Positions 21,516-32,729 of a DNA stretch of 64,000 bases are shown one piece after another (position 1 is the stretch's first letter; every line of letters begins with the position of its first letter). Under the pieces are notes generated by a model. The model saw nothing but the letters and a program-made list of their open reading frames with translations. It was not told the DNA's origin and ran no database searches. Position numbers and translations under genes: made by a program. The stretch covers positions 98,148,001 to 98,212,000 of the forward strand of contig NC_086107.1 in NCBI RefSeq assembly GCF_963921235.1, in the 5' to 3' direction. The DNA is from Mobula hypostoma. Its lineage: Eukaryota.

Positions 21516-22114
21516 CACTCACAACACGCTGGAGGAACTCAGCAGGTCGGGCAGCATCTGTGGAAAAGATCGGTTGACGTTTCGGGCTGGAACCCTTCGT
21601 CAGGACTGTAGGGGGAAGGGGCAGAGGCCCTATAAAGAAGGTGGGGGGAGGGTGAGAAGGAGAAGGCTGGTAGGTTCCAGGTGAAGAACCAGCAAGGGGA
21701 AAGATAAAGGGGTGGGGGAAGGGAGGCAGGGAGGGAATAGGCAGGAAAGGTGAAGAAAGAATAGGGGAAAACACAATGGGCAGTAGAAGGAGGCGGAACC
21801 ATGAGGGAGGTGATAGGCATCTGGAGGAGGGGGCAGAATGAAATAGGGATAGAGGAAGGGAGGGGGAGGGAATTACCGGAAGTTGGAGAATTCTATGTTC
21901 ATACCAAGGGGCTGGAGACTACCTAGACGGTATATGAGGTGTTGCTCCTCCAACCTGAGTTTAGCCTCATCATGGCAGTAGAGGAGGCCATGTATGGACA
22001 TATCTGAATGGGAGTGGGAAGCAGAGTTGAAGTGGGTGGCTACTGGGAGATCCTGTCTGTTTTGGCAGACGGAGCGGCAGTGCTCGATGAAGTGGTCCTT
22101 ATTTTGTGTTTATG
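21516..22114 (-). mobile_element. Penelope-like 3' fragment with hammerhead motif
   Basis: GIY-YIG-associated C-terminus (PVATHFN, LEEQHLIYRLGSLQP). TSD TTCC(C/T)CTTAAGGAA at 21502-21515 and 22115-22128. Confidence 0.8.
21571..21608 (-). ncRNA. Minimal hammerhead ribozyme motif (core intact, stem I mismatched)
   Basis: Minus strand CAGTC-CTGACGA-A-GGGT-TCCA-GCCC-GAAA-CG-TC-AACCG. Confidence 0.6.
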
Positions 22115-24584
22115 TTCCTCTTAAGGAAACCACCTGACTTTGGTTTACTTTATCATATGCCTCCAAAACACCTGAAACCTCATCTTTAATATTAAACTCC
22201 AACATATTCCCAACCACTAAAGTCAATCTAATTTATAATTTCCTTTCTTCTACCTCCTGCCCTTCTTAAAGAGTGGAGTGACATTTGGAATTTTCCAGTC
22301 CTCTGGAACTATTCTAGAATTTAGTGATTCTTGAAAGATCATTATGAATGCTTCCACAATCTCTTCAGCTACCTCTTTCAAAACCCTGGGGTGTAGTCTA
22401 TGTGGTTCAAGTGACTTATCTACGTTAAGACCTTCCAGCTTTCAAAGCATCTTCTCCTTAGTAATAGCAATTACACTCTTGTTTGTCCCCTGACGCTCTC
22501 AAATTTCTGGCATACTGCCAGTATCTTCCACAGCGAAGGCTAATACAAAATACTTTCTTTGTTTATCCATCGTTTCCTTGTGTCCTATTACTACCTCTCC
22601 AACATTATGTTCCAGTTGTCTAATGTCCACTCTCGCATCTCTTTTACTCTTTATATATCTGAAAAAATTTCTGGTATCATCTTTGATATTATTGGCTGTC
22701 CTACCTTCATATTTCATCTTTTTTCTCCTTATAGTTGTTTAGATGCCTTCTGTTGGTTTTTAAAAGCTTCCCATTCCTGTAAGTTCCCACCAATTTTTGT
22801 AATATTATATGCCCTTTCTTTTGCTTTTGTGCGGTCTTTGATTTCCCTTGTCAGCCACGGTTGCCTCATCCTCCCTTTAGAATACTTCTTCATCTTTGGG
22901 ATGTATCTATCTTGCACCTTCTGAATTGCCCCTAGAAACTCCAGCCATTGCTGTTTTGCCATTATTCCTGCTAGTGTTCTCTTCCAATCAATTTTGCCCA
23001 GCTCCTCTTTCATGCCTCTGTAATTTACTTCACTCCACTGTAATACTGATACATCTGGCTTTATGTTCTCCCTCTCAAACTGCAGGGTGAATTATATTAT
23101 ATTATTATCATTGTCTCCTAATGGTTCCTTTACCTTAAGCTCCCTAATCAAATTTGGTTCATTACCCAACACCCAATTAAGAATTGCCTTTCCCCAAGTA
23201 GGCTCAAAGACAAGCTGCTCTAAAAAGTCATCTTGTAGACATTCTAGAAATTTCCTCTCTTGCGACCCAGCAGCAATCTGATTTTCCCAATCAGATATTG
23301 AATTCCTCCATGACTATTGTAACTTTATCCTAATTACATGCCTTTTCCATTCCCCATTGAAATTTATATCCCACATCCTGGCTACTGTTTGGAAGCTTGT
23401 ATATAACTCCCATCAGATTCTTTTTACCCTTGCAAATTCTTAATTCTACCCACAAAGGTTCTGCATCTTCAAATCCTATTTATGTCATCTCCCTCTAAGG
23501 ATTTGGTTTCATCTTTTACCAACAGAGCCACCACGCCCCCTCTGCCTACCCGCCTGTCCTTTCGATAAAAGGTTTACCCTTGGAGGTTGAACTCACAACT
23601 ATGATCTTCTTTCAGCCACAACTCAGTGATGCCCACAACATCATACCTGCCGATATCAAACTTGGGACTCATTATCTATTCTCCAATCCATAGCACCTGC
23701 TCTAGAACTGAAAGGTTGTTGGAAGATGACCAGGTATACATCCACTATTTCCCAGGCCATTTCCTTAGTCCATTATGACGTCCATTGTAGGCCCTGGAGA
23801 TTTATCAGCCTTTCAAATTCCCTCATACTGTTTCCCCCAGTAATAGCAAGTTCCTTCCTTTCCTTAAACCCTTGGTTTCCCAACATTTCTGGGAAGGCTA
23901 TTTTGTGTCCTTTGTGAATACAAACCCAATTATGTTAGTTTGGCATCCCTGTGCTCCACAGGTAGCCAAGGCTGCAGAGTGGTTGCTAGAGAAGGGGATC
24001 TGTATGGCCCTAAGAGCAAAATCTCACTCTCTAGAATATTTTTAATAATTTAGCCTCAACTTCTTTTCCATGGTAGAGAATTCCACAGCTTCACTTTCTC
24101 CTCTGACCACTTATTCTCCGACTGTGATTGCTGGTCGGGACATGCCCACCACGGGAAAACTTCCCTGCATTCAGTCTGTCCAGTCTTGTCAGGATTTTAG
24201 AAGGCTCAAAATATTCCTTCTCATTCTCAACTCAAGCGAACTTAAGTCTTATCGTCCCCAATCTCCTATACCAGACATGACTTCTCAGGAATCAGCCTGG
24301 TAAATGTTTGACATATTCCTGAAGCATGAAGCTCCCTCAGACAGGGAGACTAAAACTCGAGGCACAAAGATCTCAAAGTGTAGTCATCCCAAAGCTCTGT
24401 GCAATTGCAGACAAGACGGATGCTTCATCTCACAATCTGCCTCATTTAGACTCGTCTGCTTGACTGCACTTTCTCAGTGACTGTTGCACATTATTCTGCG
24501 TTGTTATTGTTGAATTTTGTTCTACCTCAATGCACTGTGTTGTGATTTGATCTGTTGGCGAGACAAGGTTTTCACTATATCTCA

Positions 24585-24920
24585 GTCAGGCCCGTCAGGC
24601 CCTCTGTAGGTTGGGATTGAGTATGGATTTTGCATCCCAGCTGTCTACATGATGCACAAGCCAGGACAGTACGACATGAAGAGCAAACAGCTGCCTATGC
24701 AGCACGTTCCCCCTCTTCACAGAGCTGATGAATCCAAAGGAACGGCAGAGACCGATACAGTTTGGCACCAGCAGCATCGCAGGAGTTGCCAGGCAGCATA
24801 GAACTCCTTTAGGGACTCCAGATCTGGATTTTTTCCTCGGGGTTTACTCCGAAGCCTTCCCCATGAGTAGGGATAGGCACAAGGCAAGGGAGGTTTGAAA
24901 ACATTTTTCCTTCTCCTATC
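24585..24920 (-). mobile_element. Non-autonomous RTE-like element, 3' part
   Basis: Homologous to 28368-28950 (GAAGGCTTCGGAGTAAACCCCGAGG). Confidence 0.65.
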
Positions 24921-25845
24921 ACAAACAAGAGAAAATCTGCAGATGCTGGAAATCTGAGCAACACACGCAAAATGCTGGAGGAACTCAGCAGGCCAGGCAG
25001 CGTCTATGGAAAAGAGTAAACCGTCAATGTTTCGGGCTGGGACCCTTCGTCAGGGCTCAGGGGAGATTTAAGCTTCTTCAGGGTAGGCCTCCCTGGAAGC
25101 GACTTCACAGAGTGGTAATTGAATCACAAACGAGAGTAAATCTTCAGATGCTGGAAATCTGAGCAACACACGCAAAATGCTGGAGGAACTCAGCAGGCTA
25201 GGCAGCGTCTGTGGTAAAGAGTACAGTTGCCCTTTCGGCCCGAGACCCTTCAGCAGGACTGGGACCCTTAGTCAGGATCGCTGGTTCTGTTGAAGGGTCT
25301 CGGCCCGAAACATTGACTGTACTCCTTCCTGTAGATGCTGCCTGGCCTGCTGAGGAGATAGGTAAAGTCAGGTGGGTTGGAAAGATAAAAGGCTGGAGAG
25401 GAAGGAATCTGATGGGAGAGGAGAGTGGAGCATAGGGGAAAGGGAAGGAGGAAGGGACCCAGGGGAGGTGATAGCAGGTGAGAAGAGGTCAGAGGCCAGA
25501 GTGGGGAATAGAAGGAGGGAAAGGGGAGGGAAGAAGTTTTTTTACTGGAAGGAGAAATCGACACTCATGCCACCAGGTTGGAGGCTACCCTGACTGAATA
25601 TGAGGTGTTGCTCCTCCACCCCGAGGGTGGCCTCATCGTGGCACGAGAGGAGGCCATGGACCGACATGTCAGGATGGGAATGGGAATCAGAATTAAAATG
25701 TTGGGCCATTAGGAAGTTCTGCTTGTGGCGGATGGAGTGGAGGTACTCGACGAAGCAGCCGCCCAGTTTACAATGGGTCCCACCAATGTAGAGGAGCCCT
25801 CATTGGGAGCACCAGATATAAGAGATGGCTCCTGCAGATTTCACG
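24920..25845 (-). mobile_element. Penelope-like ends (tandem and inverted terminal modules plus GIY-YIG tail)
   Basis: Repeated GCAGATGCTGGAAATCTGAGCAACACACGCAAAATGCTGGAGGAACTCAGC. Degenerate hammerheads at ~25020, ~25230 and ~25285. Antisense VEEQHLIF. Confidence 0.75.
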
Positions 25846-26719
25846 GGCCATGCATCTCTTGTCTGAAGCATGGAACCCAAGCTGCATTATGCCGTCAGCA
25901 CCTTGGGGAACTGGTCATTTAACTCTCTGGTCACAATCATTACTACAGATTGTGAGTAGCTGAGGTCCCAGCGTTATTCCTGCTGTCCCACACTGGACAC
26001 TGCCTGTCACTCGGAAGATAACCGGTTTATTCTTACTCCTTGTTTCCGGTTGGCCAACCAGTTCTCTGTTCATGTCACCGTTGGCTCAGGAGGGCAACAT
26101 CCATCATCGAAGGTCCCCACCACCCAGGCCATGCCATCTTCTCACCATTAGACAGGAGGTACAGAAGCTGACGTCCCACACACCACCAGTTTCAACTTCC
26201 CTTCACCATTCAGTTCTTATGGTCATAGAGTAATAGGGCATGGAAACAGGCCCTTCAGCCCATCTGGTCTGTTCTGACCAAGACACCCTCCCTGCTAGTC
26301 CCCGTTCCCCACGTTTGTTCCAGAGCCCTCCAAGGCCCTACCCTTAATACTCCTATCCAAATGTTGTAGTTGCTTCTCTCTATGCTCAGATTTTCCAACA
26401 CTTCAGGGAAGGCTATTTGTGTCCTTTGTGAAGACAGACCCACTGCTCCACATTACACATCTCCCTGTTTCTGATTTTAAAGTTTGCCTGGATCACTTTC
26501 CCCCCTTCATATGTATGTAGAAACTTTGACAGTCGGTTTTGCTGCTCCCTGCACGCTAACTCTCAATCTATTTTCCTCCTCTTAATCATCCTGTGCTGAG
26601 GTCTAACAATTGCTCCCATGACTTTTGTTGGAATGATTTAGTCTCCTTCTCGGATTGGAAACCATCCCTGATTTCCCCGGTGAGCCACTCCTGCCGTTTC
26701 CCTTCAGTGTCAGACCAAC

Positions 26720-28140
26720 ATGAATTGAATTGAATTGACTTTATTACTTCCATCTTTCACATTTTTCACATCTTTCACAAACGTGAGTAAAAATCTTTAC
26801 ATTATGTCTCTGTCTATATGCGCAATGTGCAATTTATAGTAATCTGTAATAAATAGTATGTACAACAGGACAGTCAATCTAGCATAGAAACACAATTGTA
26901 TCAGTGTGAGTTAATCAGTCTGATGGCCTGGTGGAAGAAGCTGTCCCGGAGCCTGTTGGTCCTGGCTTTTACGCTGCGGTACCGTTTCTTAGGTGGTAGC
27001 AGATGGAACAGTTTGTGGTTGGGGTGACTCGGGTCCCCAGTGATCCTTCAGGCCCTTGTTACACACCTGTCTTTGTAAATGTCCTGAATCATGGGAAGTT
27101 CACATTTACAGATGTGCTGGGCTGTCCGCACCACTCTCTGCAGAGTCCTGCGATTGAGGGAGTACAGTTCCCATACCAGGCAGTGATGCAGCCAGTCAGG
27201 ATGCTCTCAATTGTGTCCCTGTAGAAAGTCCTTAGGATTTTGGGGCCCATCCCAAACTTCTTCAACTATCTGAGGTGAAAGAGGTGCTGTTGTGCTTTTT
27301 TCACCGCACAGCCGGTACGTACAGACCACATGAGATCCTTGGTGATGTTTATGCCGAGGAACTTAAAGCTGTTCACCCTCTCATCCCCAGATCCATTGAT
27401 GTCAATAGGGGTTAGCCTGTCTCCATTCCTCCTGTAGTCCACAAGCAGCTCCTTTGTTTTTGCGACATTGAGAGGGAGGTTGTTTTCTTGACATCACTGT
27501 GTCAAGGTGATGACTTCCTCTCTGTAGGCTGCCTCATTATTATTTGATATTAGGCCAATCAATGTAGTATTGTCAGTGAATTTAATCAGCAGATTGGAGC
27601 TGTGGGTGACAGAGGTGAGGGAGCCCACTCTTACCACCTGCTGGCGATCTGACAGGAAGTCCAGGATCCAGCTACATAAGGCAGGGTCAAGGCCGAGGTC
27701 TCTGAGCTTCTTGTCAAGTCTGGAAGGAATTATGGTGTTGATTGCTGAACTGTAGCCCAAGACCGACATTCTCACATAAGCATCCTTCTTCTCCAGATGT
27801 GTAAGGACGGTGTGTAGAGCAGTGGCTATTGCGTCATCTGTCAATCGGTTGTGTTGGTAGGTGAATTGTAGGGGGTCCAGTGTGGGTGGTAGCAAGCTGC
27901 AGATGTAATCCTTGACCAGCCTCTCAAAGCATTTGCTTAAACTGAGGTGAGTGCGACAGGACACCAGTCGTTCAGACATGTTACCGTGCTCTTTTTAGGT
28001 ACAGGGACAAAAGCATGAAGGCACTCTACACTGGGAGAAGGAGAGATTAAAAATGTCTGTAAACACACCTGCCAGTTGTGCTGTGCACGTCCTGAGTACC
28101 CGCCCTGGGATGCCGTCCGGTCCCTCAGCCTTGTGACTGT
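26720..28140 (-). mobile_element. Rex1/Babar LINE RT fragment with (ATTCA)n tail
   Basis: Minus ORF KCFERLV...LDPLQF...DDAIATALH...[25 protein letters not shown]. Confidence 0.85.
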
Positions 28141-28367
28141 CCGTGAGTGATTTTGTAGTTCACCTGTGCACTCCTGAAATGTTTGCCTCACCAATCCACG
28201 GTCAACCCCCAAATAACATTATTCAATCTATCTTAGCCAAAACTCATGACAAAATTCTCCGTTTTGATCAGGGGCTCCCATTTGTATGCCATGGACCCCA
28301 ACCATTAACCGAGTGGCCCATGGACTCCAAGTTGAAAACCTCTGGTTTAAGTTAAGAATATCATCTC

Positions 28368-28950
28368 AGTTCCTTAAGGTTGTTATAGCTGGGGGTGGTA
28401 ATGGGGACAAGCTCCCACTACCCATTAAATGCTCCCAATGGCGTGTGCCTCAAATAGCCTCTGACAACCAAGTCCAGCTCCCGGCCTTCACGTGTGGCTT
28501 AGCTACTAAGCCCAGCAGAACCGTTTCTACTGATGGGAGAAGGTGCAAAGGCGCCTTAAACCCAGCTGCTCTGGGCAGATGGGGTTTCGTCAGCCGTGAT
28601 TGGCAGCTCATCTAGGAGAGGAAAAACTCTGATCTCAAACCTCCGCTGCCTTGCGGCTATCCCACTCATGGTGAAGGCTTTGGGAGTAAACCCCGAGGGA
28701 AAGATCCGGAGCTGGAATCCCTAAGGCAGTCCTACGTTGAGTTCAATGCTGACTGGCAACTCCTGCGATGCTGCTGGTACCAAACTGCATCGGTCTCTGC
28801 CATTCCTTTGGGTTCATCAGATGCGTAGAGAGGAGGAGCCTGCTACATGGGCAACAGCTTGCTCTCCATATCGTACTGCCCTGGCTTGTGTATCTAGACC
28901 GCTAGGATGCAATCTCTGTGGTCAACTCTGACCGACAGACACCTCATCTC
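28368..28950 (+). mobile_element. Non-autonomous RTE-like element (5' leader fused to 3' tail)
   Basis: CTAGGAGAGGAAAAACTCTGATCTCAAACC RTE-leader-like motif. Full antisense copy at 53655-54250. Confidence 0.6.
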
Positions 28951-29044
28951 AGGATCCACTACATCGCTCTCCGACATAATGAAGGGTTCCACAGATTTTC
29001 GATTTTTCTTCCCCATGAGGTCTTGTTCATCCTTTCTCATCACA

Positions 29045-29735
29045 GTATACCTATTCTGAAGAGTATACTGAACAATACTAAACTAGGCATAACAACCCGC
29101 CTCAGAGCACTGAAATGTTACGTTTATCCACTTATGTTATATGGCTCAGAATGTTGGACAATATCTAGTAACATGAGGAAATGAATTGAAGCAGCAGAGA
29201 TGTGGTTTTTGAGGAGGAAGCAAAGAATATCATGGACGAAACGAATATCTAACGAGGATGTCAATAAAGAGCAAACACAAAAAGAGAAATAATGTATGAG
29301 ATCATGAAAAGGCAACGTAACTTCATTGTGATTAGGAAAGAGGAGTTGGAATGCACGGTATTTATGGGAAAGATTGAAGGGAAGAAAGCAAGATGGGGGA
29401 GATGTCAACTCAGACCATGAGAGCCTACGTCGGGCATTTTCATGCCTTACAAGGCGCAGATTGGAAGTCTATGTGGGGCGCCACTCCTCGCACAGACGAG
29501 AGCAATGTGTGGTTAAGTGCCTTGCTCAAGGGCACAAACACGCTGCCACAGCTGAGGCTCGAACCAGCGACCTTGAGATAAAGCAAGAGGAAGACAAAGA
29601 CAAATGATGATGGAGACAGCAGCCAGAGAACTGGAAATGAATACCAATGAATTGATCCAATTGACCCGAAACAGGAGTGTGTGGGCCATGGCAGTCAAAG
29701 CTCAAACTGGGCACGGCACCTGATGATGATGATTC
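29045..29735 (+). mobile_element. RTE-clade LINE 3' end with SINE insertion
   Basis: RALKCYVYPLMLYGSECWT...EAAEMWFLRR, (TGA)n tail. A SINE fragment at 29394-29579 is flanked by TSD AAAGCAAGA (29385-29393, 29580-29588). Confidence 0.85.
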
Positions 29736-29864
29736 TGGGACAGCCAGCTCTCCAGGTGCTTCCCTGAAGCATTGGTCCAGCAAAGCATCTCATTTGCACT
29801 GCTGCACAGTAACGCACAAAGTCACCAAAGCAAAACAACTAGCTTCAGGATGCCATAACCACAG

Positions 29865-30060
29865 GAGATTCTGCAGACGCAGGCGATCCAGAGCAACAGA
29901 CACAGACACAGAATGCTGGAGGAACTCAACAAGCCAGGCAGAATAAACAGTCGGCGTTTCGGGTTGGGGCCCGATGAAGGGTCCTGGTCTGAAACGTCGA
30001 CTGTTGATTCCCCTCCATTGATGCTGCCTGGCCTACTGAGTTCCTCCAGCATTTTATGAG
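29865..30060. mobile_element. Inverted pair of Penelope-like terminal modules
   Basis: AATGCTGGAGGAACTCA...TGAGTTCCTCCAGCATT inverted arms with a degenerate hammerhead between them. Confidence 0.7.
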
Positions 30061-30394
30061 CGTTGCTACAGGAAGTGGCTGGGAGGGCAATTGGCTTACT
30101 GGCCTTAATTTCAAGAGTTAACCAGTGGCGAGATGTCCCGCTTGGAAGTGTAGCAACAGCCCGTCTCGTTGTCCTCCCAAAGTATGAGGCTGTAACTAAC
30201 ACAGGGCGGTTCCCAGCCATGGCGTACAGACAGCAGTACGGGTGGGGACTCTGCTGATTAACGGTGCATCTCAGCTCAGTGAGCTGGGCCGAGAAGTCAG
30301 CTACAGTGTGGTGAGGGAGGAGGTAAGGAGCGTCAGGGGTCAGAGTACATCGCCTGCTGAGAGCAAGCACACACGATAGGACTGAGTGCATGAT

Positions 30395-30750
30395 GGTGAG
30401 GCCTCTGACGATCAGGGTCAACCATGGATGTTGTGTCCTGGCTGTCTAGGTACACAAGCCAGGGCAGTACGATATGGAGAGCGAGCTGTTGCCCACGTAG
30501 CAGGCTCCCCCTCTCCACGCATCTGATGAACCCAAAAGAATGGCAGTTTGGTACCAGCAGCATCGCAGGGGTTGCCAGTCAGTGTTGAGCTCAACGTAGG
30601 ACTGCCTTCGGGACTCCAGCTCCGGAATCTTCCCTCGGGATTTCCTTCCCCGTGAGCGGGTACAGGCGCAAGGCAGCGGGGGTCTGAGATCAGAGTTTTC
30701 CTCCTCCTGGATGAGCTGCTAATCACGGCCGGTGAGCCGCGTGCGACAGA
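30395..30750 (-). mobile_element. Non-autonomous RTE-like element, 3' part
   Basis: Homologous to 28368-28950. Confidence 0.65.
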
Positions 30751-31788
30751 AGGAATAACGAGGGCTTGCCAGACAGGCGGAGTGGGTAAACTGCGCACAG
30801 ACTGGAAGGTGTCAGCTAGTGAGGGGAGAGTGATTTGGGGTCAGTTTCTTGGAACAGGGTGTCTGGGGAGGGGCAGCCAGGGAGCAGGAGTACAAGTGCA
30901 TTGGAGTGGGGTGCGGTCGTGAGCTCAGAGTGGGGGGGTGTCCCAGACGGCTGAACGAAATTTACATCCTCCGAAGACTGTGATGGGTCGGTCTAACTAC
31001 TGCACAGAGTCTTGTCATCTTCAGACGTTTTCTGATGACTCTGCCATAGTTGGATGCATCAGCAAGGGAGATGACGCTGAGTACAGGGCTACGGTAGGAA
31101 ACTTTGTCACATGGTGTGAGCAGAATTATCTGCAGCTTAATGTGAAAAAGACTAAGGAGCTGGTGGTAGACCTGAGGAGAGCTAAGGTACCGGTGACCCC
31201 TGTTTCCATCCAAGGGGTCAGTGTGGACATGGTAGAGGATTACAAATACCTGGGGATACGAATTGACAATAAACTGGACTGGTCAAAGAACACTGAGGCT
31301 GTCTACAAGAAGGGTCAGAGCCGCCTCTATTTCCTGAAGAGACTGAGGTCCTTTAACAACTGCCGGATGATGCTGTGGATGTTCTACGAGTCTGTGGTGG
31401 CCAGTGCTATCATGTTTGCTGTTGTGTGCTGGGGCAGCAGGCTGAGGGTAGCAGACACCAACAGAATCAACAAACTCATTCGTAAGGCCAGTGATGTTGT
31501 AGGGATGGAACTGGACTCTCTGACGGTGGTGTCTGAAAAGAGGATGCTGTCCAAGTTGCATGCCATCTTGGTCAATGTCTCCCATCCACTACATAATGTA
31601 CTGGTTGGACACAGGAGTATATTCAGCCAGAGACTCATTCCACCGAGATGCAACACTGAGCGTCATAGGAAGTGGAAAGTGGCCAGTGAGTGAGTGGGCC
31701 AGTGAAGGAGTGGAGCTTTGAGGCTTTGACTCAAGAGGCTTCGCCGAGAAGAGGCGGAGGACAAGCTAGCTCGCAGTTAGTTTTTACA

Positions 31789-32729
31789 ATGTCTCCTGAG
31801 ACGGTGATGTGCCTCTCATGTGAGAGGTGGCAGTCTTGGGGGAACGCCCCTCTCCCGCAGAGTCACATCTCCCAGAAGTGCATACGGCTGGGCGATCTGG
31901 AAGACCGTGTAAGGAATCTGGAGCAGCAGCTCGATGACCTTCAACTCATAAGGGAGAATGAGGCAGTCATAGATGCAAGCTACAGGGAGGTAGTCACACC
32001 TAGGCTATCGGAAGCAGGTCATTGGGTGACAGTCAGAGGGGGGAAAGCAAAGGTGAGCAGACAGGTAGTGCAGAGCACCCCAGTGGCCATTTCCCTGAAT
32101 AATAAGTTTACCATCCTGGATACTGTTGGCGGGGACGACCGACCAGGGGTGATCCACGATGGCAGGGCCTCCGGCACTGAGTCTGACCCTGTGGTGCAGA
32201 AGGGTGGGACGGAGAAGAGGAGAGCTGTCGTCATTGGAGACTCTATAGTCAGGGGAGCAGACAGGAGATTTTGTGGACGTGAGAAGAGACCCGCATGGTT
32301 TGTTGCCTCCCGGGTGCCAGGGTCCGGGATCTCTCTGACCAGGTGCACGACATCCTGGTACAAGAGGGAAAGTAACCAGAAGTCATGAAACATCTTGGTA
32401 CCAACGACATAGGCAGGAAGAGGGATGAGGTCCTGAAGAGTGAGTTTCAGGAACTAGGCAGAAGGCTGAAGAACAGGACCTCAAGGGTGGCGTTCTCAGG
32501 ATCGCTGCCAGTGCTACGTGACAGTGATGGTAAGAATTGGAGGAGATGGCAGTTGAATGTGTGGCTGAGCAGTTGGTGCAGGGAGCAGGGTTTTAGATTT
32601 TTAGATCATTGGGATCTCTTCTGGGGAAAGTGGGACCTGTACAGATTGGATGGGTTGCACCTGAACTCGAGGGGAAGCAATATCCCTGGAGGTAGGTTTG
32701 CTAGCATGGTTCGGGAGGGTTTAAACTAA
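31789..32729 (+). pseudogene. CR1 ORF1 (Cys motif, coiled coil, SGNH esterase), frameshifted
   Basis: CLSC...HISQKC, LEDRVRNLEQQLDDL, VVIGDSIVRG, HLGTNDIG and DGLHLN, split over frames. Confidence 0.85.

Larger units (their letters stand above)
19940..23660 (-). mobile_element. Old CR1 LINE, nearly full ORF2, decayed, with two insertions
   Basis: Minus-strand fragments DRLGEWAKKWQ, LDFQK, FFRYIKSKR and PWLTREIK. 3' UTR at ~19945-20060. Confidence 0.85.
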
